From: Nitratidesulfovibrio vulgaris str. Hildenborough
Lineage (GTDB): Bacteria > Desulfobacterota > Desulfovibrionia > Desulfovibrionales > Desulfovibrionaceae
Direction of reading: 5' to 3'
DNA: 32,000 nt
Assembly: GCF_000195755.1 (NCBI RefSeq)
Contig: NC_002937.3
Coordinates: 2,700,001-2,732,000, forward strand
The notes beneath the pieces are model-generated. The model worked only from the letters and a program-made list of their open reading frames with translations. It ran no database searches and was not told where the DNA came from. Made by a program: the position numbers and the translations under genes. Positions 1-10,878 of the stretch are shown here, piece by piece. Position 1 is the stretch's first letter, and the number at the start of each line of letters is the position of its first letter.

Positions 1-21
1 CTTGCGCCCCTGCTTCCCGGC

Positions 22-3000
22 ATGGCATGGACTGCCCGCCTGCTGCCTCTATGGCCGCTGTTCATGTTCCTGCTCGTTCCCACGTCTCTCGCCGCCGTCG
101 TACGGCGTCTGCCCGGTGCACGGCGTTTCCTTGCCGGATGCCTCGCGCCCCTCGCCGGGACGTCGCTCTCCATGCTGGCCATCGGCAGCCCCGCGCCCGC
201 GGCCCTCATCGCCTCCGGCCCCATGTGGGGGCTTGCCTGCGGCGCATTGCTCATCGCCGGGGCCGGAACGCCCCGCACCCGCAATGAGACGGATGAACGC
301 TCCGGCCTGCCTGGGCGCGACGCCCGCACCCGGCGCAATCCCGCTGCCAGCCGCCCCGACCTGCTCGACCCGCTGGCCGGAGAACCGGGGCTGCGGCTCA
401 TCACCCCTGAAGAACAGCGTAGCAACGACATCGCCGACATGGCGCCGACGGCTGCGGACAGCCCACTCTCACTCGACGCCCTCGCGCCCATGGACACGGC
501 CGACCTCTCCTTCCCCGACACGGGCGGACGTCTCGTGCCGGGACAACAGGACACCTCTGGCCGAGACCATGCCGGACACGCCGAAGCAGGCAGGGCCACC
601 CCCGAAGGCCCTCGCAACGTCGACCCTGCCCTCCTCGCCCGCATGGAAGACGCCCTGCGCCAGCCCATGGACTCATTGCAGCAGGCGTTGACCGGACTTT
701 CCGACTGCTCATTGCCTCCGCTGGCACGCAGTCAGGCTGAGAGCGCGCTCGACGCGGCACGGAAGCTTGGCGTTCTCACGGGCGACCTTCGCAAGGCCAG
801 CCATGGCCCCAAGGCCATAGTGTCACGCAGGGCGGTCTTCGACCTGCAGCGCAGCCTGCGCGACGCCCACGACGCCGTCGAGGAACGCGCCGAGGCCAAG
901 AATCTGGCCCTGTCGTGGTTCATGGCCCCCCATCTTGCGCAGGTCTACGAAGGAGACGCCCAGCGCGTGAACGAGACCCTCAGGCTGCTGGTGGAAAGCG
1001 CCGTCGGCGCCACAGACAAGGGCTCCATCCACCTTTCCGTCCGCCGTGTGCCCGACAGCACCGACCCCGGACACCTGCTCTTCACCGTCACCGACACGGG
1101 CGCGGGCGGCCCGCCCGAACGCCGGAGCACCATCGCCCTGACGCGGGCGTGGGAACTTGTCGCCGCCAGCAACGGTACACTCAACGTCGACAGCGGCCCC
1201 CAAGGGACTGCCGTCTCGTTCTCCGTACACCTGACCGCCCTCTCCGGCGACCTGACAGCACCACGCCCGGCGGTGGTGGAAGACATGGATGCCCCTGCGG
1301 CCCCGGCCCCACGTCCCCGACCGTTGCGCGTGCTCATCGCCGACGACGTGCCCAGCAGTCGGCAGTTGCTCACCTTCTATCTTGAAGGCCTTCCACACGA
1401 AACGCTCGAGGCACGCAGCACCGACGAATGCGTGGGCCTGTACCGTCGCGCCCCGGCGGGGCTTGTCGTCTTCGATGGTGACATGCCGGAAGACGACATC
1501 GCCACCGCCGTCAGTGACATCCGCGCCTTCGAAGGCGAACTCGGACTCGCCCCGGTGCCTCTGCTGGTACTGGTCAGCCACGACGAACAGGGCCGCCGGC
1601 TGCTGCAGACCGGATGTTCCGAGGCCCTCGCCAAACCCATCACCCGCACCAGTCTCCGCGAGACCGTTCTCCGTCTTGCACCGTTGCCCGTTCAAGGGGT
1701 TGCGGCGACCGGGGCCGACGTTGCTTCGACAGAGGCCGAAGGCAGTGACGCACCAAGCCCGGCAGAAAACCGGGCACAGGCAGACACGCCACACGAAATG
1801 GCGTCCCTGCCGCCTGACCTGCCGACACTCTCGCTGGACGGCACTCCCGAGAGGGCCGGAAGCCTTGCCACAGGCGGGATGACAGCCTCCGGCACCGGGC
1901 TTGCCCCGTCGCCGACGGATGCATCACCACTGACGCTGGCGTCGGCATCGGGCATGGACCCAATGCACGAAGGACACCCCTCGACAGTTGCACACGTCGA
2001 TGACGGGCCTCTGCACATGGAAGGCGCGCCCGCCCCGGCACCTGACATCTTCGCCACACTCGACAGCACCGACTTCACAAGCCCCGCAGCCCCTGACAGC
2101 CATCAGGCGCAACCTTCCGGCATGGCCGAAGAGCGCGGGGAAGTCGACGGCGAGTCGTGGTATCCTTGGGACCGTCCGGCGCAAGCGCCCAAACCGCGTC
2201 CGGCAGACGAGCAGAAGCCCGAAGGCACCGCCAAGCTGCCAGACCTGTTCGGTGAGGCGACGCCCGCCGGAAGCAGCCAAGCGGACGACCTGCCGCTTCT
2301 CGACCTCATCATCACCGACCCTGAACAGGATGCCGAAGATGATGTCCCGGCCACGCCCTCGAAGAAGGCAGAGCGTCTAGCGCCCCTGCCCGAAGAGCCC
2401 GGCACAGCGTTCTCCGGTGAGCAGCCTGCCCCTGCTTCCCCGCCTGTGGCGGATACAGGGCATGAACACGCGGCAGCCGCATCGCCGCACGCTGCGCCCC
2501 ACCGTCACGATGAGCCGCAGGCGCACCAGCGACCTGAAGACGACGGCCTCGCCGCCCACGACTCGCCTGCATCGGACGAGACGGAAGTGGCGGAAGCGGA
2601 TGACAGCGGGCGTCCCGGCTACGACCTCTCGGCCCTCGCCCGCGCCTCTGCCAATCTTTCGGCTGCCGTTCGCGCTTCGGCCATCGCCGAGGAGGCAGCC
2701 CGCACAGTGACACATACAGGCAAGCCCGCCAGTGCCGACGCACACGCGTCCGACGATAGGGCGACCGCCTCTGATAGCGATGCCGGACAGAGCAAGCCAC
2801 TGCTCTCCGCACACGGGGAACTGCTGGACGCTTCGCTTGCGCCTCTGGTTCCCGGTCTTGTCACCACCCTCGAGGCGGCTCTTGAAGACGCCCTCATCGG
2901 GCGTGACCAGGACGACACCCTCGCCGTCGAAGAGGCCTCGTGCCGCATCGCCGGAAAGGCCGAGACCTTCGGCCTTCGGGTGCTGGAGCGCATCGCGCGG

Positions 3001-3135
3001 TGTGTGGAACGTGCCGCAGCCGCCGACGACATCGAGGCGGTACGCGACCTGTTGCCCGAACTGCAGGCCGCCGTGGAACGCAACACACTGGCGTTACGCG
3101 CCGCGCCGCACGCAACCAAGGGCACCGATCGATGA
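22..3135 (+). CDS. Multidomain two-component signalling protein: N-terminal hydrophobic segments, degenerate HisKA/HATPase_c-like core, receiver domain, long Pro/Ala/Asp/Glu-rich linker, C-terminal Hpt-like domain
   Basis: 1037-aa ORF starting at ATG 22. The frame is open to the window edge, so the true start may lie upstream. Motifs: HLLFTVTDTGAGG (G1-box-like); LRVLIADDVPSSRQLL...VVFDGDMPEDD...ALAKPI (receiver); SCRIAGKAETFGL (Hpt HxxKG-type motif with Cys in the His position). Confidence 0.75.
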   Translation: MAWTARLLPLWPLFMFLLVPTSLAAVVRRLPGARRFLAGCLAPLAGTSLSMLAIGSPAPAALIASGPMWGLACGALLIAGAGTPRTRNETDERSGLPGRDARTRRNPAASRPDLLDPLAGEPGLRLITPEEQRSNDIADMAPTAADSPLSLDALAPMDTADLSFPDTGGRLVPGQQDTSGRDHAGHAEAGRATPEGPRNVDPALLARMEDALRQPMDSLQQALTGLSDCSLPPLARSQAESALDAARKLGVLTGDLRKASHGPKAIVSRRAVFDLQRSLRDAHDAVEERAEAKNLALSWFMAPHLAQVYEGDAQRVNETLRLLVESAVGATDKGSIHLSVRRVPDSTDPGHLLFTVTDTGAGGPPERRSTIALTRAWELVAASNGTLNVDSGPQGTAVSFSVHLTALSGDLTAPRPAVVEDMDAPAAPAPRPRPLRVLIADDVPSSRQLLTFYLEGLPHETLEARSTDECVGLYRRAPAGLVVFDGDMPEDDIATAVSDIRAFEGELGLAPVPLLVLVSHDEQGRRLLQTGCSEALAKPITRTSLRETVLRLAPLPVQGVAATGADVASTEAEGSDAPSPAENRAQADTPHEMASLPPDLPTLSLDGTPERAGSLATGGMTASGTGLAPSPTDASPLTLASASGMDPMHEGHPSTVAHVDDGPLHMEGAPAPAPDIFATLDSTDFTSPAAPDSHQAQPSGMAEERGEVDGESWYPWDRPAQAPKPRPADEQKPEGTAKLPDLFGEATPAGSSQADDLPLLDLIITDPEQDAEDDVPATPSKKAERLAPLPEEPGTAFSGEQPAPASPPVADTGHEHAAAASPHAAPHRHDEPQAHQRPEDDGLAAHDSPASDETEVAEADDSGRPGYDLSALARASANLSAAVRASAIAEEAARTVTHTGKPASADAHASDDRATASDSDAGQSKPLLSAHGELLDASLAPLVPGLVTTLEAALEDALIGRDQDDTLAVEEASCRIAGKAETFGLRVLERIARCVERAAAADDIEAVRDLLPELQAAVERNTLALRAAPHATKGTDR

Positions 3136-3572
3136 AGTCCGTGCTCATCGTCGATGACGAAGCCATTTGCAGGCTGCTCTTCACACGTGTGCTGCAACAG
3201 GCCGATTATTCCGTTGACGCCGTCGAGTGCGGCGCAGACGCCCTCGAGGCCATCGAAGGGCGGATGTACGATGCCATCCTGATGGACATGCAGATGCCCG
3301 GCATTGACGGCTGCACACTGGCCCAACGCATCCGGGGACGCTTCGACGCAGCATCCGGCACCGCGCCACGCCTTGTGCTGCTGTCAGCCACCCATGCGGA
3401 TGCGCGCCCGCAAGCCCACGCCCCGTGGCCTTTCGACGCCCAGATAACGAAAGACGCCGCCGTGGACGGACTCTGTGCCTTCATGACCCGCCTCTTCGAG
3501 AAAGACGGGGCCACCCCTGCCGCCATGCCCGCCAATCCTTCAAGGATTGACCTTGGCACGGCAACTGGGTAA
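3132..3572 (+). CDS. Single-domain (CheY-like) response regulator receiver
   Basis: ATG 3132 overlaps the upstream TGA (3133-3135) as ATGA, which suggests translational coupling. Motifs: MKSVLIVDDE...AILMDMQMPGIDG...LLSAT. The 2940 start on the ORF track is an in-frame upstream extension inside the previous gene. Confidence 0.85.
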   Translation: MKSVLIVDDEAICRLLFTRVLQQADYSVDAVECGADALEAIEGRMYDAILMDMQMPGIDGCTLAQRIRGRFDAASGTAPRLVLLSATHADARPQAHAPWPFDAQITKDAAVDGLCAFMTRLFEKDGATPAAMPANPSRIDLGTATG

Positions 3573-3644
3573 GCCCTTCTTGCCGGATGAGTAATCACTG
3601 CGTGCCCTGACTGTGGCACAGCAACATACTAAAGGAATATACCG

Positions 3645-4232
3645 ATGAAGCGCGATACTATCCTTTCCACAGCAGCCCGCCTGTTCGCCGAGCGCGGCTT
3701 CAACAACACCCCCACAAGCCTGCTGGCACGCGAGGCGGGTGTCGCCGAAGGTACCATCTTCCGCCATTTCAAGACCAAGGATGATATCTTTCTCACGCTC
3801 ATCCGCAATGTGAAAGACCAGCTCATCAGCGACATCGAGAAGTACCTCGAAGTCCGCGCCCCTGAGACCAGCATCGAAAAGGTCGTGTCCATCATCAAGT
3901 CGTTCTATGTCTTCGTGAAGAAGAACCGTATGGAGTTCAGCCTCATCTTCCGTGATGCGCCGACCCGCTACGGCGAACGCAACGACAACGTCTTTCTCGC
4001 CATCAAGGACATCTACACCTATCTGGGCGACTATGTGCTGCAAGCCCTTCAGGAAGGACAGCGCGACGGTTCCATCCGGGCGGACATCAACACCCGCGAT
4101 ACCGCGCACATGCTGGTGAGCACCATGGCTGGTCTCGTGCGTGCCATCCACTTCCAGTTCATCGAACCCAGCGACGACCTGCTGCGCAATGTCGTCGACA
4201 ACTGCACGAACTTCCTCAAGCCGCGCGCCTAA
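3645..4232 (+). CDS. TetR/AcrR family transcriptional regulator
   Basis: 195 aa. N-terminal HTH signature ILSTAARLFAERGFNNTPTSLLAREAGVAEGTIFRHFKTKDDIF. AAGGA lies upstream of the ATG. Confidence 0.9.
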   Translation: MKRDTILSTAARLFAERGFNNTPTSLLAREAGVAEGTIFRHFKTKDDIFLTLIRNVKDQLISDIEKYLEVRAPETSIEKVVSIIKSFYVFVKKNRMEFSLIFRDAPTRYGERNDNVFLAIKDIYTYLGDYVLQALQEGQRDGSIRADINTRDTAHMLVSTMAGLVRAIHFQFIEPSDDLLRNVVDNCTNFLKPRA

Positions 4233-4464
4233 CGCATCGGGCCTCGGATTCCGGTCGGGGCGACGACCCTATCCCCTCGGCCGCCAACGCGCCTGACGCC
4301 AGCGCACACGATACCGCGCACCTGACTCCACCTGCGACGCATGCCATCAAGCGGGGCCTTCGGCCCCGCTTTCCACTTGTATGGTGCCGCGTTCATGCTA
4401 TGGTCTATGCCCAGCCACACAGACGGCCCAAAGCTGCCGAGACCCCAGCGAGGATGGTTCTGCC

Positions 4465-4971
4465 ATGCGTTATGCGATACTGCTCATTGCAGGGACATGT
4501 CTTGGTATCGCCGCGTGCTCCTTCGCGGCGAAGCCCTCCGGCGACACTGCCATGGAGCGCCCGGCTTCTTCCGTGGCGTCCTGTTCCGACAGGGAGGGCA
4601 CTGTGCCTGCGCTGCTTCCTCCCTGCCCATCAAGCCCGAAGTGCGTCTCCAGCATCGCTGGTTGCGCCCCTGAAGGGCGCACCGTCCCCGCGTTCGTCGG
4701 CGACGTACCCGGCGTCATCCCCGAAGCCCTGACAGACGCCGTGCTGCAACTTCCCGGCTGCACCATAGAGACGCGCACCCCCGCCCGCGTGCATGCCCTC
4801 TGCCGAAGCCGCGTGTTCGGCTTCATCGACGACCTCGACCTTGCCGCAGAACAAGACTCCACGCTCGTGCACGTGCGGTCGTCGGCGCGGCTTGGCTGGT
4901 GGGACTTCGGCGTCAACCGCGCACGGGTCGAACGACTGCACGCGCTGTACGGACAGCGAGTACAACGCTGA
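4465..4971 (+). CDS. DUF1499-family lipoprotein
   Basis: Internal ATG 4465 is preceded by GAGGATGG. Signal peptide with lipobox MRYAILLIAGTCLGIAAC. The PPCPSSPKCVSS motif is typical of DUF1499 proteins. Confidence 0.7.
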   Translation: MRYAILLIAGTCLGIAACSFAAKPSGDTAMERPASSVASCSDREGTVPALLPPCPSSPKCVSSIAGCAPEGRTVPAFVGDVPGVIPEALTDAVLQLPGCTIETRTPARVHALCRSRVFGFIDDLDLAAEQDSTLVHVRSSARLGWWDFGVNRARVERLHALYGQRVQR

Positions 4972-5432
4972 CGAGCCCCCCGGAACCGCCCCAGCCAGAC
5001 AGCACGGACAGGGTTACGACTTTTTGTCGCTTGCCAAGCGCCCACGACGGACGTAAAGCAGTGACCGACACAACCACATTGCCCGTCAGACGGGACAGGA
5101 GGAAGCCGTGGATTCCGGCGACAGTAGCAGTCGACCTAGCTTGTCGACCCCTGCGAGAAGAATGCCCAACAACGGCTCCTGACCTGCACGACGGCGCATC
5201 CGCCTTCGTGGGGCCGGAGTCCCGACGGAGGTGGAGCATGACCACACCCTGCCTTGCCCACATGCGGCGACTGCGCAGAAGACTGCTGCAGGCCGCGCGA
5301 CCGCTCTTCATACCGGGACGCAACCCGGACCCGTACTCGTGAAGCTCACTTCGCGTCCGTAGGAGACGCTCCGCAAGGGGCGTTGCAGCGGGGCACGCAT
5401 GCCCTGTCATCTGACGTACGGAGGGTAGCTCC

Positions 5433-6365
5433 ATGATCTCAATATTCAAGACGATTTCCGGTCGACTCGACCGCATCGACGATTTCGAACCCGGCTGTTG
5501 GGTCAACCTCGTCGCCCCCACCGCCGCGGAAGTGTCGCAGGTGGCAGACCGCTACGGCATCGCCGCCGACTATCTGACCGACTCTCTCGACGCCGACGAA
5601 CGTGCGCGGGTCGAGGTCGAGGACGATGCCATCATCATGGTGGTGCGTGCGCCCATGCCCAACGAGAAGAACCCGCAGGTACCCTTCACCACCCTGCCCA
5701 TCGGCATCATCATCGCACCCGACGCCATCATCACCATCTGTGCAGCGGAAGGCGACCTCGTCACATTCCTGCTCAACGGCAAGGTGCGCGCCCTTGATAC
5801 GGGCAAGCGCATGCGACTCGCCATCCAGCTTCTGCAGAAGGTCGCCCTCACCTACCTCTCCGACCTGCGCGCCATCAACCGCAAGTCCGAAGCCATCGAA
5901 CGGGAATTGCAGAAATCCATGCGCAACAAGGAACTGCTCGAACTGTTCAGCATCGAGAAGAGCCTCGTGTATTTCATCACCTCTCTCAAGGCCAACGACA
6001 TCATCATGGAGAAGCTGCGCAGCTCGCGGCTTGTACACCTCAGCGAAGACGAGATGGACCTGCTGGAGGACGCCATCATCGAGAACAGGCAGGCCATCGG
6101 CATGACGACCATCTACACCGACATCCTCAGCGGCCTCATGGACGCCTTCGCCTCTGTCATCAACAACAACATGAACACGGTCATGAAGATGCTGACAGGC
6201 GTGACCATCGTGCTCATGATTCCAAACATCATCACCGGTGCATACGGCATGAACATCGACGTCCCCCTGCATGATTCGCCCTATGCCTTCATGTTCGTGG
6301 TCGGAAGTTCGCTGCTGCTGTGCTGCCTTGCCTGGCTGCTCTTCACCAAGAAGCGGTGGATGTGA
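5433..6365 (+). CDS. corA: CorA-family magnesium/cobalt transporter
   Basis: 310 aa. GGAGGG lies 8 nt upstream of the ATG. C-terminal two-TM region carries the YGMNIDVP (GMN) signature. Confidence 0.9.
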   Translation: MISIFKTISGRLDRIDDFEPGCWVNLVAPTAAEVSQVADRYGIAADYLTDSLDADERARVEVEDDAIIMVVRAPMPNEKNPQVPFTTLPIGIIIAPDAIITICAAEGDLVTFLLNGKVRALDTGKRMRLAIQLLQKVALTYLSDLRAINRKSEAIERELQKSMRNKELLELFSIEKSLVYFITSLKANDIIMEKLRSSRLVHLSEDEMDLLEDAIIENRQAIGMTTIYTDILSGLMDAFASVINNNMNTVMKMLTGVTIVLMIPNIITGAYGMNIDVPLHDSPYAFMFVVGSSLLLCCLAWLLFTKKRWM

Positions 6366-6430
6366 CATAGCCACGGCGCTGGCGTGCCCCCGATATCTGG
6401 CAACCGGCCTTGACGCCCCGTACTGCCGCA

Positions 6431-6461
6431 AGAAGACCCCGTACATGGCACGGGGTCTTCT
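6431..6461 (+). terminator. Hairpin downstream of corA (putative intrinsic terminator)
   Basis: Perfect 12-bp stem AGAAGACCCCGT / ACGGGGTCTTCT with a 7-nt loop, 66 nt after the corA stop. The following U-tract (GCGTTC) is weak. Confidence 0.5.
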
Positions 6462-6526
6462 GCGTTCAGTGACGGACTCCGTGAGCGGGCCTCGTTCTCT
6501 TCGGCAAGACGCCCTTCATGTCGGGT

Positions 6527-6546
6527 TATCCTTGCAATAAAGGATA
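6527..6546 (+). promoter_or_regulatory. AT-rich inverted repeat upstream of the chemoreceptor gene
   Basis: TATCCTT-GCAATA-AAGGATA, perfect 7-bp arms, about 60 nt upstream of ATG 6604 in an otherwise GC-rich region. TAAAG...CGAT nearby loosely resembles a sigma28 promoter, but the spacing is off by one. Confidence 0.3.
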
Positions 6547-6603
6547 CAGCGACGCTACGATGCCATATCGCATCCTGCGTATTCGCCATTTCAGGAGTCT
6601 GCC

Positions 6604-8484
6604 ATGCAACACCGCCCGGCCCTCGACCTCGCACCCGAGGCTGCATCCCGTGGACGTTTCCAACCCGGCGTGGGGGCAAGACTGCTCCTCCTCGTGGGGG
6701 GAATCGTCGCTCTTTTCGTACTGACCATCTTCGTGGGCATTCTGCCCACCGTCGAACAGCGACTTCTAGCAGCACGCGGAGACGCCCTGCGCAACATGAT
6801 CCAGAACGTGGACAAGTTGCTTCAGGAATACGACGCCCGAGTCCAGAAGGGGGAGTTCACCCGCGAAGAGGGCATGAAGCGTGCGGCACTGCGCATCGGT
6901 TCCATGCGATACGGCAACAACGACTATTTCTGGATCAACGACACGGGAACGCCCTACCCGACCATGATCATGCACCCTGTCGCCACCCAGCTTGTGGGCA
7001 AGGTGCTGGACAGTCCCAACTACCAGCGTGCAACGGGCTGGCGTACTGCGCCGGGTGAGGATTTCAACGCCTATCCCGCTGGCAAGAACCTCTTTCAGGC
7101 GTTCGTCGATGTGGTGCAGCGCAACGGCAGCGGGCTTGTCTCGTACGCATGGCCCAAGCCACTGCCGGGAGGAGGGGCCTCAAGCGAGCTTTACAACAAG
7201 GAGTCGTACGTCACTCTTTTCCGCCCATGGGGCTGGATAGTGGGCACAGGGGTCTATGTGGACGACATCGAACGGGATGTGACAGCGTTACGGCTGCGCG
7301 TGCTCACCCTTTCCGGCGGCATTCTGCTGCTGGTATGCGCCTTCGGCTGGATTCTCATCCGTTCCATACGTCGCCCGCTTGACAGCCTCGCCAGCTACGC
7401 CCGCAAGGTTGCGGATGGTGACCTTGGGGCACACGTCTCAGGTTCGTTCATCGCAGAATTCGGCGAACTGAAACACTCTCTCGAAACCATGGTCGAGGCC
7501 CTCCGGACAAAGATAGCCGAAGCACAGGAGAAGACGGACGAGGCTTCGATCATGGCACGGCGCGCCGAAGAGCAGACACATGCCGCAGAGGCAGCCCGCG
7601 AAGAGGCGGAGCGTGCCCGCAGTGAAGGCATGGTGGACGCCGCCAACCAGCTTGAAGCCATCGTCCGGGATGTGGGCAGGGCTGCCTCCGCACTGACGGG
7701 ACTTGTACGGGTCGCCGCCGAAGGTGCAGGCAGGCAGCGTGCACGCGTTGGCGAGACCTCGGTGTCGATGGAAGAGATGAACGCCACGGTTCTGGACGTG
7801 GCCCGCAATGCGGGACAGGCCGCCACGACGTCCGAGGCGGCCAGGGCCAAGGCGCAACAGGGCGCAGGCGGTGTCGAGCAGGTGGTGGCATCGGTGGCGC
7901 AGGTCGAGCGGGAGGCGGCGAGCCTGCGCGAGAGCATGGGGGCCCTGTCCAAGAGGGCAGACGCCATCGGTCAGATCATGTCTGTCATCTCGGACATCGC
8001 CGACCAGACCAACCTGCTGGCGCTCAACGCCGCCATCGAGGCTGCACGGGCCGGAGAGGCTGGCCGCGGCTTCGCCGTCGTCGCCGACGAGGTGCGCAAG
8101 CTCGCCGAAAAGACCATGAACGCCACCAAGGAAGTGGATTCCGCCATACGGGGCATCCAGCAGGGCACAGGTGAGAGTTCGCGCAATGTCGATGCCGCGT
8201 CGCGTGCAGTGGGAGAAGCCGCGGAACATGCACGGGCAGCCGGGGAATCGCTGGGCGAAATCGTGCGGCTGGCCGAGCAGGTGTCAGACCAGATACGCTC
8301 CATCGCCACTGCGAGTGAAGAACAGTCGTCTTCGAGCGAATCCATCGCCCATGCCCTTGACGGGGTGGCAGGCGTAGCGGACGACACAAGTCGGGCAATG
8401 GATGATGCCATGCACAGCCTGCGCGACCTTGAAGGTGGCACTACCAACCTCACGAGACTCATCGAACGGCTCAAGAAGAGCTAG
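6604..8484 (+). CDS. Methyl-accepting chemotaxis protein (periplasmic single-Cache-type sensor, HAMP, MA signalling domain)
   Basis: 626 aa with [27 protein letters not shown] is a Cache_2-type motif. A second TM is followed by a HAMP domain. The highly conserved hairpin tip reads [38 protein letters not shown]. Confidence 0.9.
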   Translation: MQHRPALDLAPEAASRGRFQPGVGARLLLLVGGIVALFVLTIFVGILPTVEQRLLAARGDALRNMIQNVDKLLQEYDARVQKGEFTREEGMKRAALRIGSMRYGNNDYFWINDTGTPYPTMIMHPVATQLVGKVLDSPNYQRATGWRTAPGEDFNAYPAGKNLFQAFVDVVQRNGSGLVSYAWPKPLPGGGASSELYNKESYVTLFRPWGWIVGTGVYVDDIERDVTALRLRVLTLSGGILLLVCAFGWILIRSIRRPLDSLASYARKVADGDLGAHVSGSFIAEFGELKHSLETMVEALRTKIAEAQEKTDEASIMARRAEEQTHAAEAAREEAERARSEGMVDAANQLEAIVRDVGRAASALTGLVRVAAEGAGRQRARVGETSVSMEEMNATVLDVARNAGQAATTSEAARAKAQQGAGGVEQVVASVAQVEREAASLRESMGALSKRADAIGQIMSVISDIADQTNLLALNAAIEAARAGEAGRGFAVVADEVRKLAEKTMNATKEVDSAIRGIQQGTGESSRNVDAASRAVGEAAEHARAAGESLGEIVRLAEQVSDQIRSIATASEEQSSSSESIAHALDGVAGVADDTSRAMDDAMHSLRDLEGGTTNLTRLIERLKKS

Positions 8485-8507
8485 AAGACCAGCATCCAGA
8501 TGGCAAA

Positions 8508-8535
8508 GGCCCCCCCGCCTTGCGGCGAGGGGGCC
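8508..8535. terminator. GC-rich hairpin between the convergent chemoreceptor gene and ettA, present three times (also 8730-8757 and 8952-8979)
   Basis: GGCCCCCCCGCC-TTGC-GGCGAGGGGGCC: 12-bp stem with one mismatch. It lies 24 nt after the chemoreceptor stop, and copy 3 lies 25 nt after the ettA stop. Flanking T tracts are short on both strands. Confidence 0.55.
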
Positions 8536-9004
8536 GTGTTGCGCGCGGATGGAGCGACCGTTACCGCGTCAGCTTGCGGAACTTGATACGGTGCGGCGTG
8601 ACATCTTCCATGACGGGCACCACCGCAAGCGGCGGATGCCCTCGCGCCCGTGCGGGGAACGCGGTCCCCGCACGACGCGCGCTACGCGCAACCCCTCATG
8701 CCGGACGCCACACGCCGCACAATGACAAAGGCCCCCCCGCCTTCCGGCGAGGGGGCCGTGTCGCGCGCGGATGGAGCGACCGTTACCGCGTCAGCTTGCG
8801 GAACTTGATACGGTGCGGCGTGACATCTTCCATGACGGGCACCACCGCAAGCGGCGGATGCCCTCGCGTCCGTGCGGGGAACGCGGTCCCCGCACGACGC
8901 GCGCTACGCGCAACCCCTCATGCCGGACGCCACACGCCGCACCATGACAAAGGCCCCCCCGCCTTGCGGCGAGGGGGCCGTGTTGCGCACGGATGGAGCG
9001 ACCG

Positions 9005-10687
<1,683 letters not shown>

Positions 10688-10878
10688 GGTCCACCTGTTG
10701 TGGTTGCTTTCGGGGATGATGCCGCAGGCTGCGGCCCCATGAGCTTTTGCAGACAAGCGCGCGTTTGTCCAGTCTTGCGGCTGCCGGACGCACGTTCGCG
10801 CCAGCCTGATGTTGCAGAGGTCGCCGTACACCGATGCCCTACGACGCCCCGCCTGCCCATGACGGGAACGCTGGCCGC

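Noticed and set aside
3614-3629. TGGCAC upstream of the TetR gene, as a sigma54 promoter.
   Set aside because: No GC dinucleotide lies at the -12 register; the sequence continues AGCAACATAC.
6539-6566. Sigma28 (FliA) promoter upstream of the chemoreceptor gene (TAAAG...CGAT).
   Set aside because: Only the TAAA and CGAT cores match, and the spacing is one nucleotide off consensus. That is too weak to call; it is noted only within the inverted-repeat feature.
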